Notes under the pieces: model-generated
What the model saw: the letters and a program-made list of their open reading frames with translations, nothing else
What the model was told of the DNA's origin: nothing
Databases searched by the model: none
Made by a program: the position numbers and the translations under genes
Origin: Chlamydiota bacterium
GTDB taxonomy: Bacteria > Auribacterota > UBA3054 > B51-G9
Length of the DNA stretch: 33,287 nucleotides
Assembly (NCBI GenBank): GCA_003648225.1
Contig: QMOL01000003.1
Location: 1 to 33,287 of the forward strand
Reading direction: 5' to 3'
Shown: piece after piece, positions 19,076 to 27,980 of the stretch
How positions within the stretch are numbered: the stretch's first letter is position 1
Layout of the letters: the number at the start of each line of letters is the position of its first letter

Positions 19076-20070
19076 CAGTTTTTTATTGATTCTGTAATAC
19101 GCACGTTTAATTGTTGTAAAACAGCTTCCCTGGCGCGCTCTATCGCATTGCTAATAGAATGTGCTTTTGAATTCCCGTGAGCGCAAACACAAATTCCGCT
19201 GACTCCAAGCAAAGGAGCTCCACCAAATTGGGATGCATCAAATTTCTTTCCTACTCGCCACAACAAAGGCCGCAGCATTAATCTTTGCAAAGATCTTATC
19301 CATGATTTAGGATACGCGTGCCGCTCAAACATCATTCTCACGCCATACGCCATCCCTTCCATTACTTTAAGCGCTACGTTTCCAACGAAACCGTCACAAA
19401 CGATTACGTCAACTTTCCCGGAAAAAACATCTTGTCCTTCTACATTCCCGTAAAATTGCAGTTTGCTTTCTCTTAAAAGCCGAAATGCTTCTTTCGTTAT
19501 TATATTTCCTTTCACGTCTTCTTCTCCAACAGAGAGAAGACCAACAACAGGATGCGTTCTGTGCAGCATACTTTGAGCATAACATGCTCCCATATGAGCA
19601 AATTGAAGCAAATTATTTGCTTTACAGTTTACTGTCGCACCCGCGTCAACAAGCACTGTCGCGCCAAATGGTCCCGGTATCAGCGCCGCGATTGCCGGCC
19701 TTTCAATTCCCGAAAGCAGTTCCCATTCCATTTTTGCTACAGCTACTGCCGCGCCTGTATTTCCTGCTGTAACAACTGCGTCAACATCTTCTCTTGCCGC
19801 CATTCGAATAGCAACTGAAATTGAGCTGTCTTTTTTTCTTCTTAAAGTTACCGCCGGAGATTCACGCATTTCAATTACTTGTGATGCATGAACAACTTGA
19901 ATTGGCAAATTGGAAGCTTTTATTTCACCAAGACATTTTTCTATCTTTGATGCATTGCCAACAAGTGTAAGATGAATATTCGACCTTCTTTGGCAAAGAT
20001 ATTCTACTGCGCCGGAAACTATTTCTCTTGGCGCGTAATCTCCTCCCATTGCATCGATGGCAATTCGCAT
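19075..20070 (-). CDS. plsX: Phosphate acyltransferase PlsX
   Basis: MRIAIDAMGGDYAP, AGNTGA, CDGFVGNVALK, GGAPLLG; located between rpmF and fabH. Confidence 0.96.
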   Translation of the reverse strand: MRIAIDAMGGDYAPREIVSGAVEYLCQRRSNIHLTLVGNASKIEKCLGEIKASNLPIQVVHASQVIEMRESPAVTLRRKKDSSISVAIRMAAREDVDAVVTAGNTGAAVAVAKMEWELLSGIERPAIAALIPGPFGATVLVDAGATVNCKANNLLQFAHMGACYAQSMLHRTHPVVGLLSVGEEDVKGNIITKEAFRLLRESKLQFYGNVEGQDVFSGKVDVIVCDGFVGNVALKVMEGMAYGVRMMFERHAYPKSWIRSLQRLMLRPLLWRVGKKFDASQFGGAPLLGVSGICVCAHGNSKAHSISNAIERAREAVLQQLNVRITESIKN

Positions 20071-20113
20071 AGCGGTTTTCTGGTAACGCCTTTTTATTAA
20101 GACGCCGTTAATG

Positions 20114-20299
20114 TTAAGCAGTTACGCGAACTGCTAAAACTTGACGACCTTTATAATAGCCGCATGCATTGCAAACTTTATGCGGTAATTTCGCTTCTCC
20201 GCAATGATCGCACTTGATTGTTTGAATCGGAGTTAATGCGTCATGCGAGCGACGTTTGTCGCGTCTTGCTTTCGAGTGTCTTCTTTTAGGATTAGCCAT
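20114..20299 (-). CDS. rpmF: 50S ribosomal protein L32 (zinc-ribbon form)
   Basis: MANPKRRHSKARRDKRRSH...CDHC...PHKVCNACGYY. Confidence 0.97.
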   Translation of the reverse strand: MANPKRRHSKARRDKRRSHDALTPIQTIKCDHCGEAKLPHKVCNACGYYKGRQVLAVRVTA

Positions 20300-20404
20300 A
20301 ATATTTCCTTTTTTAATAGATAATGCTTGTCATCGACAAAACAAAATCATTTTTTTACTATTTTTAATTATTTGTTTTTATAATTTTCAAATCTACAGTT
20401 CGTT

Positions 20405-20433
20405 ATTATACCAGAAACACCTTTTTCTGTCAA
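20405..20433 (-). promoter_or_regulatory. Consensus sigma70 promoter of the rpmF-plsX-fab operon
   Basis: TTGACA (20433-20428), 17 bp, TATAAT (20410-20405), extended TG. Confidence 0.8.
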
Positions 20434-20589
20434 AACGGTTTGATTTCCGGTTGTAATTTACACAAAATAAAGTATAAATACAGAGATAATAACACGCCCA
20501 CACCCAAAAAATCACCTTATTTGATATAATAATTATGATTGGAAAAATACATTGTATCTTGTTAATAAGCAAAATCGAGGACTGTATTA

Positions 20590-21291
20590 ATGATATCAAC
20601 GCAATTCTTAAATTATAAAAACTGTAATATCCGGTTTTGGCTATGCTTTATTTTATTCGTTCTTTTATTTGTTCAGTCTTCTAATTCTTACGCTAAGGTT
20701 AAACTTCCTCCACCGTCAACTATAGAGGGATATATTACATTATTACTTATTAATGAAGCTCCTTTTCCGGGTGAAAAGAATTACAAAAATGAAAAAGATA
20801 CCAAATTGGCCATGCTATCTATACTTGTGGTTTTAGACAACAGACTTAAACATATTCCGCCCGGCTATAAACAAAAATATATAGCAACTGTGAGAACTAA
20901 AAATATTGTCGAAATAATTGCTGCAGGTGGAAAACGAGGTCAGGTTGATGGCTTTTATCTTGACTCAAACGGGAAACCGGCAATTGTGCCAAGAGTAACC
21001 CGGCGTGTAAAAAACTTACTAAATATTGCATCGAAAGGAAAACCGGGAATATTTGCCCGGCTACTAAATTACGCCGCCGAAATATCCGGGAAATACTTAA
21101 AGGGCAAAAACATAAACGATATGTATGTTAATTTAAAATTTATTCCTCCGTATAAAGTTACCGGGCGGGCATATTCATGGATGACCGATAACTTAAGTTT
21201 CCATCCCGGAGGGCAATATATTACCATTCCCGACAAAAACAAAGGTTCTCTTGGCGGCAATCGATTTTTCACCTTAAAAAAATTAAAATAA
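20590..21291 (+). CDS. Exported hypothetical protein, probable divergent SleB/Hydrolase_2 cell wall hydrolase
   Basis: Signal peptide; [29 protein letters not shown] and C-terminal LGGNRFF follow the SleB motif order. Confidence 0.55.
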
Positions 21292-21292
21292 A

Positions 21293-22144
21293 ATGAAAAA
21301 AATACTTATACTTATACTGTGTTTTGCAACAATTAATTCTCTTGCAGCTAAAAAATTTATGAAACCTGAAAACGCGGAATTCCTGCGCGGCGTTCTTCGT
21401 TACATTTATTTCTGGCATCTTGATCCCGCTCATTTCTTTGAAGATGACCCGGATACAAATATTGAGGTTTATGTCAAAAAAAACAGTTATTCAAAAGATT
21501 TAAATAATAATTCTATACGATACGAACTTATAATTCCCGACCTTAATCTGGGAATTGACCTTGTAAAAGCAAATTATAAAATCCGTGAACTTGACCTTCA
21601 GATAACTAACTCTTCTTTTAAAGTTGTTGCGGTTAATCCTGATTTTCGTGAACCAATAACAAATAAAAATTTTCAGGTGCGGCTTCTTAGTGAAGGTAAG
21701 ATGATGAAAAAATTGTTTCAAAGCCGATACAGACCCGCTGTCTTATCCGGTTGTGTTAAAACAAATATCTACAACAGTTTGGTTAAACTCTCTAAATTAG
21801 AGCTCGGTCATCCCTTAAAAAAATCACATGTTTTCTTCGTTGGTCCCCTTTCTGATTATTCAAATGATATTTGGATTTTCTGGGAAACCGAGCGAAAACT
21901 TGTAAGATTTTCTTCTGCTTCAGATTATACTTCAAAAGCATATTGGCAATTATTGCCGATATATGTTAAAATATATGATCTTGATAGCAATGTTGTTGTT
22001 TCGCTTAGCGAAGTTAGCGGTAGTAATGCTTATATTACAAAGTCTTTTGCCGGTCGGATAATGTTTAATTGCATTGTTGAAGGTAAAAAAATTATTATTA
22101 AAAATCAAGATAAAATAACCACAAAACAGGAGACAAAAAAATGA
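21293..22144 (+). CDS. Exported hypothetical protein
   Basis: 283 aa ORF, MKK-type signal peptide, starts 1 bp after the upstream stop; no family recognised. Confidence 0.75.
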   Translation: MKKILILILCFATINSLAAKKFMKPENAEFLRGVLRYIYFWHLDPAHFFEDDPDTNIEVYVKKNSYSKDLNNNSIRYELIIPDLNLGIDLVKANYKIRELDLQITNSSFKVVAVNPDFREPITNKNFQVRLLSEGKMMKKLFQSRYRPAVLSGCVKTNIYNSLVKLSKLELGHPLKKSHVFFVGPLSDYSNDIWIFWETERKLVRFSSASDYTSKAYWQLLPIYVKIYDLDSNVVVSLSEVSGSNAYITKSFAGRIMFNCIVEGKKIIIKNQDKITTKQETKK

Positions 22145-23091
22145 AAAAAATATCTTTTTTAATTTTATCAATATTCTTTATTGGTTTATTAAACGTAAAT
22201 TCTTTCGCAAAAGTTAAAAGCAATGCTAAAATTAAAAAGCCGAATCTTATTGTACAAAAAGAAGCTGCAATTAAAGAAATGACAGATGAAATTTTTGCTA
22301 TTGACTCAAAAATAGAAGGAGAGGTCGGTCAAATTATCAATTATTTGTCTTCTGTTAAAGATTCTGCAGAATCTCACACCAAAGTAGCCGTTATTAAAGA
22401 AAAAGCAATACTCGCTCTTGCAAATAGTGTTGCTGATTATAAAAGAGAACGCGCTAAAAGAATGAATGAATTAAGCAAACGCTATCCTAATTTGTCACGT
22501 GACATTCTTAAAAAACAAATCGGGATTGCCGATGAAAGAATTAACAAAAGAATTAAGCAGATTGTTGACATTACTTCTTCATTAACTCAAAATCAAAATG
22601 TTAAAAAATATGATAAATATTGGACGCGACAGCGGCGTTCCGGAAGACGTGCCAAAGTCAAATCCGGAAAAAAGATTTCGAAAGAGTATAAACAGAATAG
22701 AAGTGTTACTGCTAAAAGCAACGCTTTAAAAGATAAGGTAATTAAAGGATTAAATGATGAGATTGATACACTTGAAGCCAAAAACGTTTCTTTAAACACT
22801 AAAATTCAAACTGAACGCTCAAAAGAAATTAAAGAACAGTACAAAAAAGAAATTGAGGCTAATAAAGTCACAATCGAAAAAAGAAAACAACAGATTGCTG
22901 ATGCCGAAGCCCAAACAGCTGTTTCAACAACACCGCTTCAATATAATGACGCAAAAGAATTAGAAAAACAAATTACAGACATGGTTCTTGATATTGAAGA
23001 TCAGGAAGCAAAAATGAAACAGCTTATTTATAAACGTAATATGGCACTTAAAAAACTTGCAACTTATAAAAAAGCTGCCGGTAAAAAATAA
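22141..23091 (+). CDS. Exported long coiled-coil hypothetical protein
   Basis: Signal peptide (..NSFA|K), CAGGAG RBS, ATGA-region overlap, K/E-rich heptad helices with a central basic loop RQRRSGRR. Confidence 0.8.
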   Translation: MKKISFLILSIFFIGLLNVNSFAKVKSNAKIKKPNLIVQKEAAIKEMTDEIFAIDSKIEGEVGQIINYLSSVKDSAESHTKVAVIKEKAILALANSVADYKRERAKRMNELSKRYPNLSRDILKKQIGIADERINKRIKQIVDITSSLTQNQNVKKYDKYWTRQRRSGRRAKVKSGKKISKEYKQNRSVTAKSNALKDKVIKGLNDEIDTLEAKNVSLNTKIQTERSKEIKEQYKKEIEANKVTIEKRKQQIADAEAQTAVSTTPLQYNDAKELEKQITDMVLDIEDQEAKMKQLIYKRNMALKKLATYKKAAGKK

Positions 23092-23124
23092 CCGATTTAA
23101 TTTCGTGCCTGACCAAAAAGCATT

Positions 23125-23241
23125 TGTAGCCTCGAAGAGGCTTAACGTGAATAGCCTCACGTTTTAACGAGGTTATTAGATTATCAACACCATACACTCT
23201 GAAAGGGCGAAAGGAAATTTTCCGTTTGCCCTTACAGGGCA
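23125..23241. repeat. Cluster of REP-like short palindromes between convergent genes
   Basis: AGCCTC-GAA-GAGGCT (23128-23142), ATAGCCT..CGTT-TT-AACG-AGGTTAT, CTCT-GAA-AGGG, TGCCCT-TAC-AGGGCA (23227-23241). Confidence 0.55.
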
Positions 23242-23317
23242 CCGTGCCTTATTTCATTTTTGCCTTATGGCAAATTTTTGAAGTTATGCCTTTTCGAGTA
23301 AATTCTAATTAATAAAA

Positions 23318-24367
23318 TTAATTTTCCTTAATCCACTTCGCTCCCCTGCCTTTTCCCCGTACAGCGATTACTCTTTCATCTCTTAATTTTCTTAAAATCA
23401 CACGAATCATATCGCGACTGATAAGCGGGCAATCAGCTTCAATATCGGAAATAGCAAACGGCCCAATTCGTCTTTGCACCGCGGCAATAATCTGGTCTGT
23501 TTTTGATCCTTTTCCGCTTCTTATATTAGAAACTTTGTCTTCGAGTTCGCTATAAGCTTTTAACAAAACTCCCCAAAAATAGTTCAGCCACGGAAAGCTG
23601 TTGTGTTTTTCTTTATGCCAGTTTTTTGAGCTGATTTCAAGGGTTTCATAATAAGATTGCTTTGATTCCTCAAAAATACGCTCAAGACTTATATATCTGC
23701 CTACCTGATAATCAAAATGATACAGCAGCATCAGTGTAATTAAACGAGCAACACGTCCATTCCCGTCACGGAACGGATGAATACAAAGAAAGTCAAGAAT
23801 TGTAAGAGGAATAACTATCAAAGCTTCAATTTCATTTTCTAAAGCTGATTTTATATAATTCTCTTCCAAATTTTTTAATGCTTTTTTTGTTTTATTTGCC
23901 GGAACAGGTTTAAAACGGACTTTTTTGAACGAACCATCTGAATTCAGTTCTATAATTTCATTATCGGTTGTTTTGATCTTCCCGCCATCTTCCGGCATAT
24001 AATTATATATTATTCTATGAAGTTGTAAAATTGTTTCAACTGAAAATTTTACGTCTTCACCGGAAGAATGAATTAATGAAAGCGCGTCTCGATAACCGGC
24101 TATCTCCTGTTCCGACCTGTTTTCCGGTTTTAATTCTTTTTTTACAATTCCTTCAACTCGTTTATGAGGAGCCGTAATTCCCTCCAGACGATTTGACGAT
24201 TCACTCGATTCAATAATAGCGATATGCTGGAGTGAATCAAGAGCTTCAGGTGTTTGTCTGAAAAAAAGTTCCTGTTTTCCTCTATGTTCACCAATTTTTT
24301 TCATTATACTGAGATGCACAGGAGAAAAATTTAGAGAGTTAATGTATTTATCTGTTAAGGAATTCAT
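23318..24367 (-). CDS. Fic family protein (class II-like) with a probable C-terminal winged HTH
   Basis: Intact HPFRDGNGRVAR; N-terminal inhibitory motif SNRLEG; C-terminal ISRDMIRVILRKLRDERVIAVRGKGRGAKW. Confidence 0.92.
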   Translation of the reverse strand: MNSLTDKYINSLNFSPVHLSIMKKIGEHRGKQELFFRQTPEALDSLQHIAIIESSESSNRLEGITAPHKRVEGIVKKELKPENRSEQEIAGYRDALSLIHSSGEDVKFSVETILQLHRIIYNYMPEDGGKIKTTDNEIIELNSDGSFKKVRFKPVPANKTKKALKNLEENYIKSALENEIEALIVIPLTILDFLCIHPFRDGNGRVARLITLMLLYHFDYQVGRYISLERIFEESKQSYYETLEISSKNWHKEKHNSFPWLNYFWGVLLKAYSELEDKVSNIRSGKGSKTDQIIAAVQRRIGPFAISDIEADCPLISRDMIRVILRKLRDERVIAVRGKGRGAKWIKEN

Positions 24368-24450
24368 AAAAATAGTTAATAGTTATTTGTCGAAGATCCG
24401 CCAAAAGAGGATTAATTGTTATTTTATTAGGAATATTTAAATAATTAATA

Positions 24451-24515
24451 GGGTATTATATTGATTTAACAGGGTAATGTCAAGCCGTCATTACCTCATT
24501 AATTAATTCATTACC
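24451..24515 (-). promoter_or_regulatory. Consensus sigma70 promoter of fic inside an inverted-repeat array
   Basis: TTGACA (24483-24478), 17 bp, TATAAT (24460-24455); half-sites GGGTATTA 24451, GGGTAATG 24472, TCATTACC 24488 and 24508. Confidence 0.75.
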
Positions 24516-24519
24516 CCCT

Positions 24520-25302
24520 TTAACCCAATCCTGACGGCACTTCATTGAATTTTGACTGTAAAATATCCCTGAGCGGGTTTGAATCGGTATTACATAGACC
24601 AAGCGGATTGTGATATCGCCATCCTTCCGCGAATTCGCATTTTGCTGACAGGTTGCCTAATTCGCGTGAAAAGTTTTTCATAGTATTTAAATAAACGTCA
24701 AATCCCTGACTTTTCTCCAACCATTCTTTTTGACTTTTATGTTCATTAAGCATATCAGATTTTTCTTTAATTACTGAATCAATATTAATTAAAAAATCCG
24801 GAAAAACAAAACGATTTAATAAATCTCTGTTCCCGTGAGGTTGAGCATGATATACCGTAACCTGATTGAATACAGGCTCTTTTGGAGGATCAACAGGAAA
24901 ATTCCGCATCGCACGGGTAAACGCTGCCGTTACTGCAAGCCGGGATGAAATCGTGTGATCTTCCATATAATCCATCGGTCCGTCAACAAGAAGAATATCG
25001 GGTGCAACAGAGCGCATGACAGACCCGATTTTAGCGAGGAGATTTTTTTCATAGAAAATTTCAATATCATTAACAAGAGGAGAATGAAATACAGCATTTA
25101 TTTTATTTGCGGCATTTTTTGATTCCTCAAGCCGGATTGCCGCAATTGTTTCCGCGTCATGTTCTGCTGATCCACATGAACCGTTAGCAATATTCATATA
25201 GTGGATTTCACAACCAGCTTTTGCAAGCAGAATTAAAGTTCCCGCCATGCGGAACTCAATATCATCTGCATGTGCGGCAATTGCGAATACTTTGCAGATC
25301 AT
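24520..25302 (-). CDS. PIG-L/LmbE family deacetylase
   Basis: AIAAHADDIE, IRLEE, DYMEDH, HKSQ, FAEG. ATG at 25302 preferred over 25362 because it sits just after the upstream stop. Confidence 0.88.
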   Translation of the reverse strand: MICKVFAIAAHADDIEFRMAGTLILLAKAGCEIHYMNIANGSCGSAEHDAETIAAIRLEESKNAANKINAVFHSPLVNDIEIFYEKNLLAKIGSVMRSVAPDILLVDGPMDYMEDHTISSRLAVTAAFTRAMRNFPVDPPKEPVFNQVTVYHAQPHGNRDLLNRFVFPDFLINIDSVIKEKSDMLNEHKSQKEWLEKSQGFDVYLNTMKNFSRELGNLSAKCEFAEGWRYHNPLGLCNTDSNPLRDILQSKFNEVPSGLG

Positions 25303-25303
25303 T

Positions 25304-26230
25304 TTAGTGCATCTCCACTTCGCAGGACCCCAGACCGGGGCGATAAAAATTAAATTGAACATTTGGATGATCTGCCAAAAGTGACATTGGAACAGATGAA
25401 TCCGGTATTTTTTTAGATATCATCAGAGTTGTTAAACGCATACCTAATGGATTATCGTGATGACCCGGATGCCAAATTGAAACTTTTTCGGCTTTCCATG
25501 TTTCAACAGGACCTACGGTTAAAGCCTGACAAGGCACATTCTGAACCATGCCGCCGCCGGACGTCCGCGCATTTTGTATTAAAGTCATAGGGTGTAAATC
25601 AACAACTCTGGTTCCTAATTTTCTGTATTCTTCAGGAGATGGAGGAGCATCTTGATAGATTCCTTCGCGTTTTGGCGGATCGTTAAATGCCCAGTGCTTT
25701 ACTTCACCTTGTCCGCCCTGCATAACTACGCAACGCGCTGAATTCCAACTTTCGATATATTTTTTGGAATCAACGGCGGGAAAATGGATATTTTCTTTTG
25801 GAATTGCTAATTCCGGTTTAATTCGATTGAAACACAAATCCATATCCGCCCTGGCAAATCCAAGAGGGAAATCAGCGGAAACTTCTTTACCGTTAACAAC
25901 CCACTCGTCCATTCCCCAAAAATGACAATGTTTGAGAGAAATATCTAACTCATTCACAATACGGGCAACCAGAGGAAGCTGTTCTGTCGGACCGATTGGT
26001 CCACAAACGCCTGTAGGGCTATCTTTGGTTCCTTGCTGCCATGCTGTAATATATTCCAGCGCCTCTGCAAGATAAAATTCTTCAATAGTGTCGTAAAATT
26101 TTATTGTAAAGCCTTCTCTTGCAAGTTGATGAATATCTTTTTCGGTAAGTGCGGCAGCAGCATCCAGCAAATCTTTATCTAAAGTTGTATAGTCCCACCA
26201 TTCGGGAGCAACTTTACTAATATTTCTCAT
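25304..26230 (-). CDS. Glucosamine-6-phosphate isomerase/deaminase-like (NagB fold) protein
   Basis: [38 protein letters not shown]; GGAGG RBS. Confidence 0.82.
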   Translation of the reverse strand: MRNISKVAPEWWDYTTLDKDLLDAAAALTEKDIHQLAREGFTIKFYDTIEEFYLAEALEYITAWQQGTKDSPTGVCGPIGPTEQLPLVARIVNELDISLKHCHFWGMDEWVVNGKEVSADFPLGFARADMDLCFNRIKPELAIPKENIHFPAVDSKKYIESWNSARCVVMQGGQGEVKHWAFNDPPKREGIYQDAPPSPEEYRKLGTRVVDLHPMTLIQNARTSGGGMVQNVPCQALTVGPVETWKAEKVSIWHPGHHDNPLGMRLTTLMISKKIPDSSVPMSLLADHPNVQFNFYRPGLGSCEVEMH

Positions 26231-26268
26231 TATTTTCCTCCTGATATTTTTGCTGTATCAATAATAAA

Positions 26269-26344
26269 TGGAGCCGGGAATCGGACTTGAACCGACGACC
26301 TGCGCTTTACGAAAGCGCTGCTCTACCAACTGAGCTATCCCGGC
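26269..26344 (-). tRNA. tRNA-Thr (anticodon CGT)
   Basis: GCCGGGATAGCTCAGTTGGTAGAGCAGCGCTTTCGTAAAGCGCAGGTCGTCGGTTCAAGTCCGATTCCCGGCTCCA; 76 nt cloverleaf with encoded CCA. Confidence 0.97.
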
Positions 26345-26361
26345 AATAAAAAGGAGCGAAT

Positions 26362-26390
26362 ATTATATCAAAAAAAAAAAATGAGTGCAA
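26362..26390 (-). promoter_or_regulatory. Sigma70 promoter of tRNA-Thr with a poly-T spacer
   Basis: TTGCAC (26390-26385), 17 bp containing T12, TATAAT (26367-26362). Confidence 0.7.
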
Positions 26391-26485
26391 TCTTAAAACG
26401 CAAGAGGGATGCATGTAAATCTTCGGGATTGGTTAGTGAGAGCTGTATTGAAGTTAGATAAGTTATACTCCATTTATCCACCTAT

Positions 26486-26564
26486 TGTAGCCGACCTCGC
26501 TGAGGGCGGACAAATAATTCCTCCTATGGCGGATCTTCGACCGCAGCCATCGGCAGTGGCTACA
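26486..26564. repeat. GTAG-type REP/REPIN-like element
   Basis: Terminal inverted repeats TGTAGCC...GGCTACA with internal hairpin CCG-A-CCTC-GCT-GAGG-G-CGG; GC-rich in an AT-rich spacer. Confidence 0.55.
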
Positions 26565-26680
26565 GAAGATGTTGGCAGATAACATCCGGTAATTTGACCT
26601 TAATGTCAAATTTTCTCCGACAAGATACCCGGTTTTTTATTATTCACCTAAAAGATATAGCTTAAAAAGTTGTACAAACC

Positions 26681-27961
26681 TTAGTTGCTTTTCTTAACTC
26701 TAAATTTTTGTATCTGATCGGTTAAATTTTTAGGTACAAAAGCATCAACTTTTATATATTCATCAAGATATTCAACAGAAATTACTTTTCCGTATTTGTA
26801 TAATTTGCTTAAAAGTTCGGATTTATGTGGTGGGAGACGGAGTTTTATTCTTTTGTTGTCAGGTTTTAACAACAAACGTAATTTTGTAAATAACTCTGCA
26901 AAACCATAATTATATTTTGCGGAAATGATAACTGTTTTGCTATTATCTGCTAATAAATCCTTCTTCGCTTTATGAGAAAGAACATCAACTTTATTTAAAG
27001 CAAGTAAAACAGGCTTATCTTTAGTGCCGATTTCTTTGAGTACAGAATTCACAGCGGAAATTTGCGACTCTAAATCCGGCGCTGATGCATCGGCAATATG
27101 AAGTAAAACATCCGCTTCCATCGTTTCTTCAAGTGTTGCTTTAAATGATTCAACAAGTTTATGCGGCAAATTACGAATAAAACCAACCGTATCAACAAAA
27201 AGAAATTTTTCGCCTGTGGAAAATTGGTAAAGTCGCGTTGTTGGATCAAGCGTTGCAAACAATTTATCTTCAACGAGAACATCAGCCTTTGTGAGCGAAT
27301 TCAGAAAAGTTGATTTTCCCGCGTTTGTGTATCCAACAATGCCGATAACTGGCAAGTGTATTTTTTTACGTTTTTTTCGTTGTGTTGCCCTTTGCTTTCT
27401 TATATTGGATAATAAACCATTTAATCTACGAATTCGTGATTTGATTATTCGTTTGTCTGATTCAAGTTGCTTTTCTCCCGGGCCTCGGGTGCGCAATCCA
27501 CCGTATTGCCTTGAAAGATGAGTCCACATATTTGTCAATCTTGGCAACAGATATTCGAGTTGAGCAAGTTCAACTTGTAATTTACCTTCATTTGTTCGGG
27601 CATGCTGCGCAAAAATCTCAAGAATTAAAGTTGTTCTATCAATAATTTTAACTTCAATTGCTTTTTCCAGATTTCTTGTTTGAGCCGGTGAAAGGTCGAT
27701 ATCGAAAATCACAGCATGAAATTCGTTTTTTTTACAGGTTTCGGCAATTTCTGCAACTTTCCCTTTTCCAATATAAAAAGCGGGATTAACAGTTTTCTGA
27801 TTCGAAATACAGCCGTCTACCGGCTCGGCACCCGCGGTAACAGTAAGTGATTTTAATTCATCATAGCTAACATTTTTACCGGCAACTACATTTTCTTTTG
27901 AATTAAAGCCAACCAAAAATACTTTTTCACATTCATCAAACGTAGGAAATTGAGCATCCAT
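26681..27961 (-). CDS. hflX: Ribosome-splitting GTPase HflX
   Basis: EGKLQVELAQL, RGPGEKQLE, GYTNAGKS, LFATLDPT, DTVGFI, NKVD. Confidence 0.97.
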   Translation of the reverse strand: MDAQFPTFDECEKVFLVGFNSKENVVAGKNVSYDELKSLTVTAGAEPVDGCISNQKTVNPAFYIGKGKVAEIAETCKKNEFHAVIFDIDLSPAQTRNLEKAIEVKIIDRTTLILEIFAQHARTNEGKLQVELAQLEYLLPRLTNMWTHLSRQYGGLRTRGPGEKQLESDKRIIKSRIRRLNGLLSNIRKQRATQRKKRKKIHLPVIGIVGYTNAGKSTFLNSLTKADVLVEDKLFATLDPTTRLYQFSTGEKFLFVDTVGFIRNLPHKLVESFKATLEETMEADVLLHIADASAPDLESQISAVNSVLKEIGTKDKPVLLALNKVDVLSHKAKKDLLADNSKTVIISAKYNYGFAELFTKLRLLLKPDNKRIKLRLPPHKSELLSKLYKYGKVISVEYLDEYIKVDAFVPKNLTDQIQKFRVKKSN

Positions 27962-27980
27962 TAATTATATAGTTTTTTAG

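Noticed and set aside
14495-20070. fab cluster as a secondary-metabolite PKS
   Set aside because: Canonical rpmF-plsX-fabHDG-acpP-fabF housekeeping order.
20300-20589. yceD/DUF177 or a small ORF upstream of rpmF
   Set aside because: No credible ORF; the region is a divergent promoter spacer.
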